Of a DNA stretch of 64,000 nt, positions 19,992 to 29,448 are shown piece by piece. Location: positions 1,376,001 to 1,440,000 of the forward strand of contig OX638340.1 of the NCBI GenBank assembly GCA_951812955.1. Direction: 5' to 3'. Positions within the stretch are counted from its first letter, which is position 1. Each line of letters starts with the position of its first letter. The notes below the pieces were generated by a model. It did no database searches, was not told the DNA's origin, and was given only the letters and a program-made list of their open reading frames with translations. The DNA comes from an uncultured Gemmatimonadota bacterium (lineage in GTDB: Bacteria; JAAXHH01). A program made the position numbers and the translations under genes.

Positions 19992-20603
19992 CTATTCCCC
20001 GCACGCCGCACGATCACTGTAGAGTCTATGTTCTTCGATGTAATCCGCCACTTCACCTGGAACCATGTGGGAAATGGGAAGTCCTATTCCCGCGCGACGG
20101 CGAATGTCCGTAGACGAGATATCGATCTCGGGGAGCTGGATGGTGACTACGTGGTCCCTCCAGCGCGGATCCACCCCGGCGAGGTCTTTGCCGGGCCTGG
20201 GAACCGTCACGACCGTTGCCAGTTCGAATAACCGTTCCGGCGCATGCCAGGTGTCGATTTCGAGCAGACTGTCCGCCCCGATGACGAGGTAGACTTCGCA
20301 CGTCGCACCGTATATCCTCCGCAGCGCATCCAGCGTGTCCACGGTGTAGGACAGCCCGGGTCGGTTTATCTCCAGGTCCGAAACCTCGAGCCGGGGATCC
20401 TGCCGTGCGGCCAACTGCGCCATGAGATACCGGTCATCCGCGGGGGCGATGGCATGCCCCTGCTTGTGTGGAGGGCGGGCGGACGGAACGAACAGGAGCC
20501 GGTCGAGGGCGCAATGATCGACAACGCCCCGGGCAATGACCAGATGGCCGGTGTGTATCGGGTCGAACGTTCCCCCGTAAACGCCAAGCCGATGGGTTTT
20601 CAC
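19992..20603 (-). CDS. nadD: Nicotinate-nucleotide adenylyltransferase
   Basis: 203 aa. GVYGGTFDPIHTGHL motif (the HxGH family of nucleotidyltransferases). Confidence 0.9.
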   Translation of the reverse strand: MKTHRLGVYGGTFDPIHTGHLVIARGVVDHCALDRLLFVPSARPPHKQGHAIAPADDRYLMAQLAARQDPRLEVSDLEINRPGLSYTVDTLDALRRIYGATCEVYLVIGADSLLEIDTWHAPERLFELATVVTVPRPGKDLAGVDPRWRDHVVTIQLPEIDISSTDIRRRAGIGLPISHMVPGEVADYIEEHRLYSDRAACGE

Positions 20604-21547
20604 GGTGAGTTGCCGCTCTTGGATTCGCCCTGCGAGGACTCGTCCGTGGCAGCCGGGCCGGGCCGGGCATTCCCGTAATCCACGGGCGGACCAGGCGGAC
20701 CAGGCGAGTCAGAGGGACCAGGCGGACCAGGCGAGTCAGAGGGACCAGGCGGACCAGGCGGACCGGAAAGCGCCTCGTATTCGGTTCTCAATTCCACAAG
20801 ACGCTTACCGGCCTCCGCCGACAGTTCGTTTGTCGGATAACTCTGGATGAAGATTTCGAACTGTTCGATGGCTTCGCTGTATTTCTCTTCCCTCGCATAG
20901 CTTTCAGCGATTTCGTATTGCGCCCGAGAGGCCCAGTTGCTCATGGGATACGTTTCCAGCAGTTCACCAAAGTAGAGACGGGCCGCTTCCCAGTCTTTCA
21001 TCTTGTAGTAGAGGTTGCCAATCCGATAATCCTTCTCGGCCACCTTGTCGAAACACTCCTGAAGCAATTCGTGGACCTGCATGGTCCATTCGCTATCGGG
21101 ATACACATCGAGAAAGTACTGGAGCTCGCGGATGGCTTCGAAGGTCTTGTCCTGCGTGAGATGGGGCGGATTGGACTGCAGAAACGTGGCATAGGCCAAC
21201 TGGTACTGGCTTTCATCGCTGTAAGGGCTTTGGGGGAAATCACTGATCAATCGGCGGAACACGAGTACAGCGAGCGGGTATTCCTTCAGCTCGATGTGCA
21301 TCTGGCCCTGGTGGTACAGGGCATCGTCCACGATGTCGTTGCCGGAATGACTGAGGGTGATGGCCCGGAATGCGTCCATGGCATCCAGCCAGTCTTCCTG
21401 TTCCAATCGCTCCATCCCGTAATCGTATAGTTCCTCCGCCGTCCAGTCCGGATCGAAATCGGGCGGGCTGCACGACGGAAGCACGAAAAGGGCGAGGAAG
21501 ATCCCCGTAATCGGGATCCTGTAGCGTGGAAGGCGAGGAATGATCAT
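20600..21547 (-). CDS. bamD: Outer-membrane protein assembly factor BamD (YfiO-like TPR lipoprotein) with a collagen-like C-terminal tail
   Basis: 315 aa. Lipoprotein signal peptide (…LFVLPSCSP), TPR repeats, and a C-terminal SGPPGPPGPSDSPGPPGPSDSPGPPGPP tail encoded by a DNA tandem repeat. Overlaps nadD by 4 nt. Confidence 0.7.
   Translation of the reverse strand: MIIPRLPRYRIPITGIFLALFVLPSCSPPDFDPDWTAEELYDYGMERLEQEDWLDAMDAFRAITLSHSGNDIVDDALYHQGQMHIELKEYPLAVLVFRRLISDFPQSPYSDESQYQLAYATFLQSNPPHLTQDKTFEAIRELQYFLDVYPDSEWTMQVHELLQECFDKVAEKDYRIGNLYYKMKDWEAARLYFGELLETYPMSNWASRAQYEIAESYAREEKYSEAIEQFEIFIQSYPTNELSAEAGKRLVELRTEYEALSGPPGPPGPSDSPGPPGPSDSPGPPGPPVDYGNARPGPAATDESSQGESKSGNSP
20689..20767. 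repeat. 27-nt tandem repeat (ggaccaggcggaccaggcgagtcagag, ~3 copies) inside the bamD 3' coding region
   Basis: Perfect copies at 20689-20715 and 20716-20742, and a partial third at 20743-20767. Encodes the PGPPGPSDS repeats. Confidence 0.85.
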
Positions 21548-22962
21548 GCCGGTGTTCCGAATAGCGCGGGAAACGTCTGCCGGTCCTGGCCGCCGGGCTG
21601 GGGAACTCCCGACGAAACCACGCCGACCAGGTCGTATTCCATGGCATCTGTGATGTCCACGGACACAATGTCTCCGGGCACCAGGTCGCCGCCGGAGACC
21701 AGCACCTCGTTGTCGACCTCCGGCGCATCCGCGGCGGTTCGCCCGGTGTAATTCCCTTCATCCGCCTCTTCGTCGATCAGTACGTCGATCGTCTTCCCCA
21801 CGAAGGCCTGGTTGCGGTCGAGGGAAATCTCGCGCTGGAGCGCCATGAGCCGGTTGTACCGCTCCTGCTTGACGGTATCGGGAACCTGCCCGTCGTACCT
21901 GGCTGCCGGCGTATGCTCTTCCCTCGAATACATGAAGACGCCCATGCGGTCGAATCGCGTTTCTTCCACGAAGTCGTAAAGCGATTCAAAGTCCGCATCG
22001 GTCTCTCCCGGAAAGCCCACAATGAAGGTGGTTCGCAGCGTCGCCTCCGGAATCCGGGCGCGGATCCGTTTCAGTAGCGCGCGTGTATCCTTCGAGGTCG
22101 TCTCGCGGTTCATGCACTCGAGCATGGGATCCGAAATGTGTTGCAGCGGCATATCGATGTAGTTGCAGACCTGTTCCAGGTCGGCGAAGGCGTCGATCAA
22201 CGTGTCGGTGAAACGCACGGGATGGTTGTACAGCGCGCGGATCCAGCGGACGCCCTCCACGGTGTTCAGCGCGGCAAGCAGGTCTTCCAGCCTGGCCGGT
22301 TCCGCCAGGTCCTTGCCGTACCAGGTGGTGTCCTGCGAGATCAGGTTCAATTCGACGGCGCCCTGGTCCGCAAGCGTCCGGGCCTCTTCCACCAGGGAGT
22401 CCACGGTGCGGCTACGCTGGCTGCCCCGTATGGCCGGGATGATGCAGAACGTGCATCTGCGGTCGCACCCCTCGGCGATCTTGAGGTATACCGAATGGCG
22501 GGGCGTGGTGATGACCCTGGGATAGGAAAAGTCGGTGGGCAGCGGCTGCCTGCGTATTTCCCGCAAGGTCTCGTGCCGGTCATTCAGGCGGTCCAGCAGT
22601 TGGACGATGTGCGGATATTGATGCACGCCGATGACGGCATCCACTTCGGGCATCCCGGCGACCACGTCGTGGGCGTACCGCTGCGCCATGCAACCCGTGA
22701 CTACGAGGGACGTGCACTGGCCGTCTTCCTTGAACCGCGCGAGGTCCAGTATGGTTTCGATGGACTCTTCCTTGGCGGGACCGATAAACGCGCAGGTGTT
22801 CACGACAATGACGTCCGCGTCCCCGTGGTCGTTCACCACGGTGTAGCCGGCCCGGGTGAGTTGGCCCAGCATGACTTCGGAATCCACCAGGTTCTTCGAG
22901 CAGCCCAGGCTGGCGAGACTGATATTGGGCAAGTCCTTACTCCATTTTCTAGCCGGCGTCAT
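21544..22962 (-). CDS. rimO: Ribosomal protein S12 methylthiotransferase
   Basis: 472 aa. N-terminal MTTase domain (ISLASLGCSKNLVDSE), a radical-SAM CxxxCxxC motif (CDRRCTFCIIP) and a C-terminal TRAM domain. Confidence 0.85.
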   Translation of the reverse strand: MTPARKWSKDLPNISLASLGCSKNLVDSEVMLGQLTRAGYTVVNDHGDADVIVVNTCAFIGPAKEESIETILDLARFKEDGQCTSLVVTGCMAQRYAHDVVAGMPEVDAVIGVHQYPHIVQLLDRLNDRHETLREIRRQPLPTDFSYPRVITTPRHSVYLKIAEGCDRRCTFCIIPAIRGSQRSRTVDSLVEEARTLADQGAVELNLISQDTTWYGKDLAEPARLEDLLAALNTVEGVRWIRALYNHPVRFTDTLIDAFADLEQVCNYIDMPLQHISDPMLECMNRETTSKDTRALLKRIRARIPEATLRTTFIVGFPGETDADFESLYDFVEETRFDRMGVFMYSREEHTPAARYDGQVPDTVKQERYNRLMALQREISLDRNQAFVGKTIDVLIDEEADEGNYTGRTAADAPEVDNEVLVSGGDLVPGDIVSVDITDAMEYDLVGVVSSGVPQPGGQDRQTFPALFGTPA

Positions 22963-23622
22963 TCAACGCAGGTCGACCCATTCGACGTCGTCGGGCGTCG
23001 TCATCCTGAACAGCCCGGGATCGAGCTTCGCGTTCAGCCGGTAATCCTTGAAACGCAGGGTGGTTTCGGATCCCATATCGTCAGCGTACTTCACTTTATT
23101 GGTAAGCCAGGTTTCCGCGTCCACCCATATGCGCAACTCGGGAATGGCTTCGGCCGAAGCGACGGCGGTAAGCCTGAGCAGGAAGCTTGGCGTGCCATCG
23201 ACCTGTTCCCTGCCTTCCAGCTCATACCGGTAACGGTTCGAGTAATTGAAAATAAAATCGTCTGGCCGGCCTTGCCGCGCGCCCGAAGCGTCTTCCCGCG
23301 CCGGCGACACGATCACCTGCCGGTTGCCGGGCACGTAGGTCCATAGAGACTCACCGTCGGATACAATGGTCTGACCGGCTTCTTCCAGGCGCAGGCGGTT
23401 CTCGTCTCTCTCCAGATAAAGTCTGCCCTCGGTTTCGTTTCGCTGGTCGAGCACAGCCGCATACGTCGAGACGGAATACCGGACCTCCAGGGACCTGACG
23501 CCGTCGAGATGCTGACGCATCTTGCCCGTGACTGTTTCGGTCGTATGAAGCGCATCTTGCGGTCCGTATCCCAGAAACGCCACCAGGCCGGTCAACACGC
23601 AGAAACTGAAATGCGCGGTCAA
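22963..23622 (-). CDS. LolA-like outer-membrane lipoprotein carrier protein
   Basis: 219 aa, signal peptide, LolA-like beta-barrel composition. Immediately upstream of rimO (adjacent stop and start). Confidence 0.55.
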   Translation of the reverse strand: MTAHFSFCVLTGLVAFLGYGPQDALHTTETVTGKMRQHLDGVRSLEVRYSVSTYAAVLDQRNETEGRLYLERDENRLRLEEAGQTIVSDGESLWTYVPGNRQVIVSPAREDASGARQGRPDDFIFNYSNRYRYELEGREQVDGTPSFLLRLTAVASAEAIPELRIWVDAETWLTNKVKYADDMGSETTLRFKDYRLNAKLDPGLFRMTTPDDVEWVDLR

Positions 23623-23833
23623 GTCTCCTCCCCTTGCGGATCACCCATGCGTACCACCGCGGTCGCAAGCCCCGAAATATGCACCGAAAATGGGCCTGCG
23701 TCAAGTTTTACCACCGGTAACGGGGCTGTGTACATCTGCTGAAATAGCTGCACTGATATAAAGAACGGGGAAAGCCCCCTTGGGTTCCCTCCCCGCTCCC
23801 TGCGCTGCTGGTTTTCCTTCGAGCAACCTTCCT

Positions 23834-25540
23834 TTACGGCATCGCGGCCCGCCCTCTTTCGTACCGCACTTTCCCGTCCACGATGGTATACAGGATTTCC
23901 GTATCCAGGATCTGGTTCTCGGGCACGGTCATGATGTCTTTGGACAGCACGGTGAAATCGGCGAGTTTGCCCGGCTCTATGGATCCGAGCAGGTCTTCGT
24001 GAAAGGAGCCGAACGCGGCGTCCAGGGTATAGGATCTCAGGGCTTCGTGGCGCGACATGCGCTGGTCGCCGAACATCCCGCCTTCGGGCGTCCCGTCCGG
24101 GCGCTCACGGGTCACGCTGGCGTAGAAGGACGCGATGGGGCTGATGTCTTCGACCGGCGCGTCGGTCCCGTTGATGATCTTCACGCCTTCCTTGAGCAGC
24201 TTCTGCCAGACATAGCCGCCTTCCTCCGTGCGGGCGTGGCCGAGACGATCCGGCGCCCAGGGTAGATCCGAGGTCGCGTGGATCCCCTGCATCGACGCGA
24301 TCACGCCCAGCCTGGCGAACCGGGGGATATCGGCCTCGTCCAGGATCTGGGTGTGCTCGTCGCGGAACCTGTGGTCCTTCACGTGGGGGAATTCCTTCAT
24401 CGCCTTCTCGTACATGTCGAGCATCATGCGGTTGCCGCGGTCACCGATGGCGTGGGTGCAGACTTGCCAGCCGTGCTCCAGGCCGTACCGCGCGGCCTCG
24501 TAGATCGAGTCGGGCGGCGTGGTATAAAATCCCGAATTGCCCGGGTCGTCATGGTAAGGTTCCAGCAGCCATGCGCCGCGAGACCCGAGCGCCCCGTCGC
24601 CGTACATCTTGACGGCGCGGACGCTCAGGAACCCATCGGCGTGTGACCATGGTTTTTGAAGGGCGCGCATGGTATGCAGATTCGAGGCCATCACGTAGAC
24701 CCGCATGTCCAGCTTGCCCTGGTCCGCGTATTCCTTGTACAGTTCAATGCCGTCCAGGCCGACCCCGGCGTCGTCGAACATGGTGATGCCGTTGGCCAGG
24801 CATTCCTGGATGCCGAGTTCAAGAGCCTGCCGCCGCTGGTTGTCGGTAAACGAAGGGACGTTGACCAGGCCCATGGCTTTGTCCACCAGTATGCCCGTGG
24901 GGTTGCCGTCGGCATCCTTGATGACGTCTCCGCCTTCCGGAGACTGCGTGTCCCGGTCGATCCCCATCAATTCCATGGTCCGGGCGTTGGCGAATGCGGC
25001 ATGGCCATCGGCCCTGCGCAGAAAGACCGGAATATCGGGCACGGCCTCGCTCAACCTGTGATGGGTCATGAACCCGCGGACCGTGAGCGAACTGCGGTCC
25101 GACCACTTCTCCTCGTGCCACCCCCGGCCGGTGATCCACTCCCCTTCCTCGATGCCCTCGGCCGCCGCCAGCACCCGTTCGATGAGTTCGTCGTAACCCG
25201 AAATACCGACCAGGTCGACCGTCATTTTCGCGACCCCTATGCCCATGAGGTGGCCATGGCTTTCCTTCAACCCGGGTACCATGGCCTGGCCTTCGAGATC
25301 GATCACCCGGGTATCGGGTCCGATGAACGGCTCCACGTCTTCATTGACCCCCACTACGGCGATCCGGTTTCCTATGACCGCCACGGCCTGCGCCTTGGGC
25401 CGGCTGCCGTCCATCGTGTATACCGTGCCGTTGATGAGCGCCAGGTCCGCCGATGACTTGCGCACCTGGGCCTCACCGCCGGCAAACCAAACCATTGTCA
25501 TGATTCCCGCAATGATCACCGCGAATACTGACTTCCGCAT
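23834..25540 (-). CDS. Secreted amidohydrolase-family metal-dependent hydrolase (amidohydrolase 3)
   Basis: 568 aa, signal peptide. …INGTVYTMDG…GLKESHGHLMGIG… is an HxH metal site typical of the amidohydrolase superfamily. Confidence 0.75.
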   Translation of the reverse strand: MRKSVFAVIIAGIMTMVWFAGGEAQVRKSSADLALINGTVYTMDGSRPKAQAVAVIGNRIAVVGVNEDVEPFIGPDTRVIDLEGQAMVPGLKESHGHLMGIGVAKMTVDLVGISGYDELIERVLAAAEGIEEGEWITGRGWHEEKWSDRSSLTVRGFMTHHRLSEAVPDIPVFLRRADGHAAFANARTMELMGIDRDTQSPEGGDVIKDADGNPTGILVDKAMGLVNVPSFTDNQRRQALELGIQECLANGITMFDDAGVGLDGIELYKEYADQGKLDMRVYVMASNLHTMRALQKPWSHADGFLSVRAVKMYGDGALGSRGAWLLEPYHDDPGNSGFYTTPPDSIYEAARYGLEHGWQVCTHAIGDRGNRMMLDMYEKAMKEFPHVKDHRFRDEHTQILDEADIPRFARLGVIASMQGIHATSDLPWAPDRLGHARTEEGGYVWQKLLKEGVKIINGTDAPVEDISPIASFYASVTRERPDGTPEGGMFGDQRMSRHEALRSYTLDAAFGSFHEDLLGSIEPGKLADFTVLSKDIMTVPENQILDTEILYTIVDGKVRYERGRAAMP

Positions 25541-25613
25541 GTACCCCTCCTGGTTTTATACTCGTACATCGCGACCGGATCTCCGGGACAGTCCGCCCCG
25601 TGACCGGCGCGGG

Positions 25614-26030
25614 CTAAATCTCATCCGCCACGCGTCGGCGGGCCACTTCCTCGTTAATGTAGGCGATGATGTCCCGCGTCGACGTACCTGGGCCGAACAG
25701 TTTGCCCACGCCCAGCTTCGCGAGTTCATCCCCATCGGATTTCGGGATGATTCCTCCGCCGGTGAGGAGCATGTGGTCGACGCCTCTTTCCCGCAGCAGG
25801 TCCATTACGCGGGGGAAGATAGTCATGTGGGCGCCCGAAAGGATGCTCAGAGCGACCACGTCCACGTCTTCCTGTACGGCCGCTTCCGCGATCATTTCCG
25901 GCGTCTGGCGCAGCCCGGTGTAGATCACTTCCATACCGGCATCGCGCAAGGCGCCGGCCACCACCTTGGCGCCCCGATCATGTCCGTCGAGACCCGGTTT
26001 GGCTACGAGAACACGTATGTTGTCTGTCAT
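25614..26030 (-). CDS. Cobalamin-binding small subunit / B12-binding domain of a methylmalonyl-CoA-mutase-like enzyme
   Basis: 138 aa. …[31 protein letters not shown]… carries the DxHxxG B12-binding motif. Confidence 0.8.
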   Translation of the reverse strand: MTDNIRVLVAKPGLDGHDRGAKVVAGALRDAGMEVIYTGLRQTPEMIAEAAVQEDVDVVALSILSGAHMTIFPRVMDLLRERGVDHMLLTGGGIIPKSDGDELAKLGVGKLFGPGTSTRDIIAYINEEVARRRVADEI

Positions 26031-26124
26031 GATCGACCTTGCTCTCTCAATCAGCGCAGCCGAAGCCGCGGCGGCGGGACAGGCACCAGCCGCGAGGGCG
26101 GAACCGCCGCTTCAGACCGTCGCG

Positions 26125-27063
26125 TCAGACCGAAAGTTCGTCCATCAACTCGCCGGCGGCCGCAAGGGGATGGATCTCCCTGCGGGCGACGCGTTCGGAC
26201 AGGCGGTCCATGGTGCAGTCGGCGTCCCGGAGTTTCGTCAGCCTGCCGCGCCACATTTCACCGAGCGCTTTTTCGATCGCCGAACGGCCCTGGCGCATCC
26301 GGCGCCTCCGCAGCCTTCCTTCTCCGGCGAGGTAGTCTCCGTGCGCGTCGAGTTTTTCGTATAGTCCGTCCATACCGGTGTTATCACGCGCGCTGACACT
26401 GAGGACGGGCGGTTTCCAGCCTTCCTCCCACCGTCCCAGGTCCACGATCGTCCTCAGTTCCGCGGCGAACCGGTCAGCGCCTTCCCGGTCGGCCTTATTG
26501 ACGACCAGGACGTCGGCGATCTCCATCAGACCGGCCTTCATGGCCTGTATGCTGTCGCCCGACTCCGGCGTGAGCAGGACAACGGTGGTATCGCTGACGT
26601 CGGAAACGTCGAGCGTGGACTGGCCTACGCCCACGGTCTCCACAATGATAACATCTTTACCGAAGGCGTCAAGAGCCGTCATCGCGTGGGGAGTCGCCTC
26701 CGACAGTCCGCCGGTATGGCTTCGGTCGGCCAGGCTGCGCAGGAAGACCTGCGGGTCGTCCCAGGATCCCTGCATGCGTAGCCGGTCACCGAGTAAAGCT
26801 CCTCCGGTAAAGGGGCTGGTCGGATCCACCGCGATGATGCCTACCGTGCGTCCGCTGATTCTCAACTGTTTGGTGAGGCGGTCCGTGAGGGTACTCTTGC
26901 CTGAGCCGGGCGGCCCCGTAATACCGATGCGACGGGCATTTCCTGAACGGGGATACAGCCGGTCCAATATCGCGGATCTCCGGTTCCGGTCGTTTTCCAG
27001 CAGCGTAATCACGCGGGACAGGGCAATCCGGTCGCCGTCAAGAAAACGGTCGAGTAGTTTCAT
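26125..27063 (-). CDS. meaB: Methylmalonyl-CoA mutase-associated GTPase MeaB/ArgK
   Basis: Start chosen at MKLLDRF (27063); the ORF-track 5' extension is GC-rich shadow. P-loop GITGPPGSGKST and NKAD G4 motif. 312 aa. Confidence 0.85.
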   Translation of the reverse strand: MKLLDRFLDGDRIALSRVITLLENDRNRRSAILDRLYPRSGNARRIGITGPPGSGKSTLTDRLTKQLRISGRTVGIIAVDPTSPFTGGALLGDRLRMQGSWDDPQVFLRSLADRSHTGGLSEATPHAMTALDAFGKDVIIVETVGVGQSTLDVSDVSDTTVVLLTPESGDSIQAMKAGLMEIADVLVVNKADREGADRFAAELRTIVDLGRWEEGWKPPVLSVSARDNTGMDGLYEKLDAHGDYLAGEGRLRRRRMRQGRSAIEKALGEMWRGRLTKLRDADCTMDRLSERVARREIHPLAAAGELMDELSV

Positions 27064-27077
27064 AACGTGCTCGGAGG

Positions 27078-28787
27078 CTAAACCGTACCGGGTTTTATGT
27101 CTTTTATTCTCAATTGGAGGCTGGTCTCGCCCCGAAAGGTGTTTTCCTCGAGGTTGTAAGCCAGGTCCAGGCGGTCCCGGCTGTCGTTCAGTTGATCGGC
27201 GAAGTGCGCCATTCCGAAACCGATCGCATCCATGACGCGGCCATTCTGCTTTACCCGGAATCTCAGGTGATTTTTGCCCTTCCCAATGATCCTGGGTTTT
27301 CCGACGACGCTCAGGTCGCGCGACACGAGCACGGGGTGGTGGTTCGCCGGTCCAAAAGGCCCAAGCATTTTCATCAGCTGGACCATGCGCGGGGTCATCT
27401 CGTCGAGTTCGATTTCCGCGTCTATTTCGAGCCTGGGTATGAAATCGGCCGGTGTCGCGCGCGCCGCGACCACCTCGTGAAACTTCTGCGTGAACGCCTC
27501 GATGCGGCCCTTTTCGATGGAAAGGCCCGCCGCGTGGTGATGGCCGCCGAATTGAATGAGCAGGTCGGAGCATTCCTTGATGGCGTTATACAGGTGGAAA
27601 TCGCCCACGGTGCGCGCCGAGCCCCGTCCGTTCTCTCCCTTGGTCGAGATCATCACGACCGGGCGGTTGAAGGCTTCCACCATGCGGGAAGCGACAATGC
27701 CGATGATGCCGGGATGCCAGGAGTCCGAAGCGAGAACGAGACCCTTTGCCTCCCGGAGGAACGGGTCATTCTCGACGATTTCCCTGGCCGCTTCGAACGT
27801 GAGCTTATCCTCTTTGCGCCGTCTCTGGTTCTCCTCGTCCAATTCTTCGGCCAGTTGCGCCGCTTCCTGCTGGTCTTCCGTGATCAGCAGATCGACCACG
27901 CGTGTGGCGTCGCCCATACGGCCGGCGGCATTGATGCGGGGCGCGAGCATGAAGAGCATGTGTCCCGTCGACAGTTCCTTCTCCCTCAGGCCCGCCACTT
28001 CGAGCAGCGCCTGCAGACCCGACTTGTCCGTCTGCTGCATCATGTCCAGTCCGTACTTGGTCAGCACCCGGTTCTCGTCGCGCAGGGGGACGATATCCGC
28101 CGTCGTGCCCAGGGCCACGAGGTCCATGTGCGTGTACACCGCGTTCTCCGGCAGTCCCACGTGCTCGGCCAGCGCCTGCGCCACCTTGTACGCCAGTCCG
28201 ACGCCGCAAAGCTCCTTGAACGGGTATTCGCAGTCTGCCCGCTTCGGATTCAGAATGGCGACGCTGTTCGGCAGAATATCGCCCGGAACATGGTGATCGA
28301 TGATGACGACATCGATGCCCATTTCGCGGGCCTGGTCCACTTCCACATTGGCCGTTATCCCGCAGTCGACGGCAAGAATCAGCGTTACCCCGCGGCTTCT
28401 GGCTTCCTGCAGGCCTTCGATGGACAGTCCGTAACCATCGGTCATCCGGTTGGGTATGTAGGAGGAAATCCGTTCCGTCAGCAACTTGATCGTGAGGTAC
28501 AGCAACGTGGTAGCTGTAGTCCCGTCCACATCGTAGTCGCCGAAGACCATGATGTGTTCCTTGCTTTCGATGGCGGCGGCGATCCGTTCCACGGCCAGAT
28601 CCATGTCCGCCATGAGGAACGGACTGTGCAGATCGTCCAGCGTGGGCTTCAGGAAATACCTTGCGTCGTCGAAGGTCGAAACGCCCCTGTTGAGCAGAAT
28701 CTGCGCGATCACGCGCGGTACGTTGATCTGCTCCATCATCTGGGGAACCTGGGGATGTTCGTCGTGTAGGACCCAGCGGCTGTTCAT
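27078..28787 (-). CDS. recJ: Single-stranded-DNA-specific exonuclease RecJ
   Basis: DHH motifs (IMVFGDYDVDGTTAT…, …VIIDHH…) and a DHHA1 domain. Start placed at MNSRW (28787), because the longer ORF-track start (28871) would overlap the 3' end of rnpB. Confidence 0.85.
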   Translation of the reverse strand: MNSRWVLHDEHPQVPQMMEQINVPRVIAQILLNRGVSTFDDARYFLKPTLDDLHSPFLMADMDLAVERIAAAIESKEHIMVFGDYDVDGTTATTLLYLTIKLLTERISSYIPNRMTDGYGLSIEGLQEARSRGVTLILAVDCGITANVEVDQAREMGIDVVIIDHHVPGDILPNSVAILNPKRADCEYPFKELCGVGLAYKVAQALAEHVGLPENAVYTHMDLVALGTTADIVPLRDENRVLTKYGLDMMQQTDKSGLQALLEVAGLREKELSTGHMLFMLAPRINAAGRMGDATRVVDLLITEDQQEAAQLAEELDEENQRRRKEDKLTFEAAREIVENDPFLREAKGLVLASDSWHPGIIGIVASRMVEAFNRPVVMISTKGENGRGSARTVGDFHLYNAIKECSDLLIQFGGHHHAAGLSIEKGRIEAFTQKFHEVVAARATPADFIPRLEIDAEIELDEMTPRMVQLMKMLGPFGPANHHPVLVSRDLSVVGKPRIIGKGKNHLRFRVKQNGRVMDAIGFGMAHFADQLNDSRDRLDLAYNLEENTFRGETSLQLRIKDIKPGTV

Positions 28788-28857
28788 GCAATCATTCGTA
28801 TGTTGAGGGTGATCGTGCGCAGAAGATGGAGGAAAGGCCGTGCAAAATCCAAGGTAC

Positions 28858-29252
28858 CGTAAAACGTCCAAGCCGACCGTAAGCCGAGTTCTGTACCTTC
28901 GCGGTGAAGGTGGCGATCATCTATCTGGGACGGCTGTCGCCAGCCGCCTCGTGCGACCTAACCCGAGAGTCTCCGGTTTCCCGGCGGTCGAGACGGGCCG
29001 TCTCTCCTCTCCTATTCGGTCTTGCACCGGATGGGGTTTGTCCTGCCGGACCGGTTACCCGGACCGCGGTGAGCTCTTACCTCGCCTTTTCACCTTTGCC
29101 TCCCCGAAGGGATCGGCCGTGTGTTTTCTGTGACACTTTCCGTGGCATCACTGCCCCCTGCCGTTAGCAGGCATCCCGCCCTGTGGTGCTCGGACTTTCC
29201 TCGTCCGCGCGATGGCGAACGCGATCGCCTGGACGACTTGTGACGTTTTACA
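28858..29252 (-). ncRNA. rnpB: RNase P RNA, bacterial type A (M1 RNA)
   Basis: The minus-strand sequence carries the universally conserved blocks AGGAAAGTCCGAGCACCACAGGGC (CR-I), …AAAGGTGAAAAGGCGAGGTAAGAGCTCACC… and ACAGAACTCGGCTTACGG (P4 3' strand). The P1 stem forms between AAAACGTC at the 5' end (~29249) and GACGTTTT at the 3' end (~28861). Length ~395 nt. Confidence 0.85.
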
Positions 29253-29296
29253 TCCGTTAATATACTACACTACTCGGCCAGGTTCAACCCCGTTGG

Positions 29297-29437
29297 TTAC
29301 GGAATCGCGCGTCGGGCTGCGCGCGTCGGCCGGACTGCGCGTTGTGGCCGGGCTGCGCGTTGCGGCCGGGTTGCGCGTTGCGGCCGGGTTGCGCGTTGCG
29401 GCCGGGTTGCGCGTTGCGGCCGGGTTGCGCGTTGCGG
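29297..29437. repeat. 18-nt GC-rich tandem minisatellite (gcgcgttgcggccgggtt, ~7 copies)
   Basis: Four perfect copies at 29347-29418, plus degenerate copies on both sides. Intergenic, between the stop of the Zn-ribbon gene (29449) and the rnpB 5' end (29252). Confidence 0.9.
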
Positions 29438-29448
29438 CCGGGCGGATC

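Noticed and set aside
22138-23346. 402-aa ORF antisense to rimO and the lolA-like gene
   Set aside because: Shadow ORF, with no domain signature and biased composition.
26125-27573. Long 482-aa form of the meaB ORF
   Set aside because: The N-terminal 170 aa are Arg/Gly/Pro-rich with no MeaB homology and overlap recJ. The conserved MeaB N-terminus begins at the Met at 27063.
27114-28769. 551-aa ORF antisense to recJ
   Set aside because: Shadow ORF opposite a clear RecJ. The same applies to 27805-28791 (-) in another frame.
29297-29437. Possibility that the tandem arrays (also 39745-39903 and 42441-42545) are CRISPR arrays
   Set aside because: The copies are directly adjacent with no unique spacers, the units are 18-49 nt, and no cas genes are nearby. 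They are minisatellites, not CRISPR.
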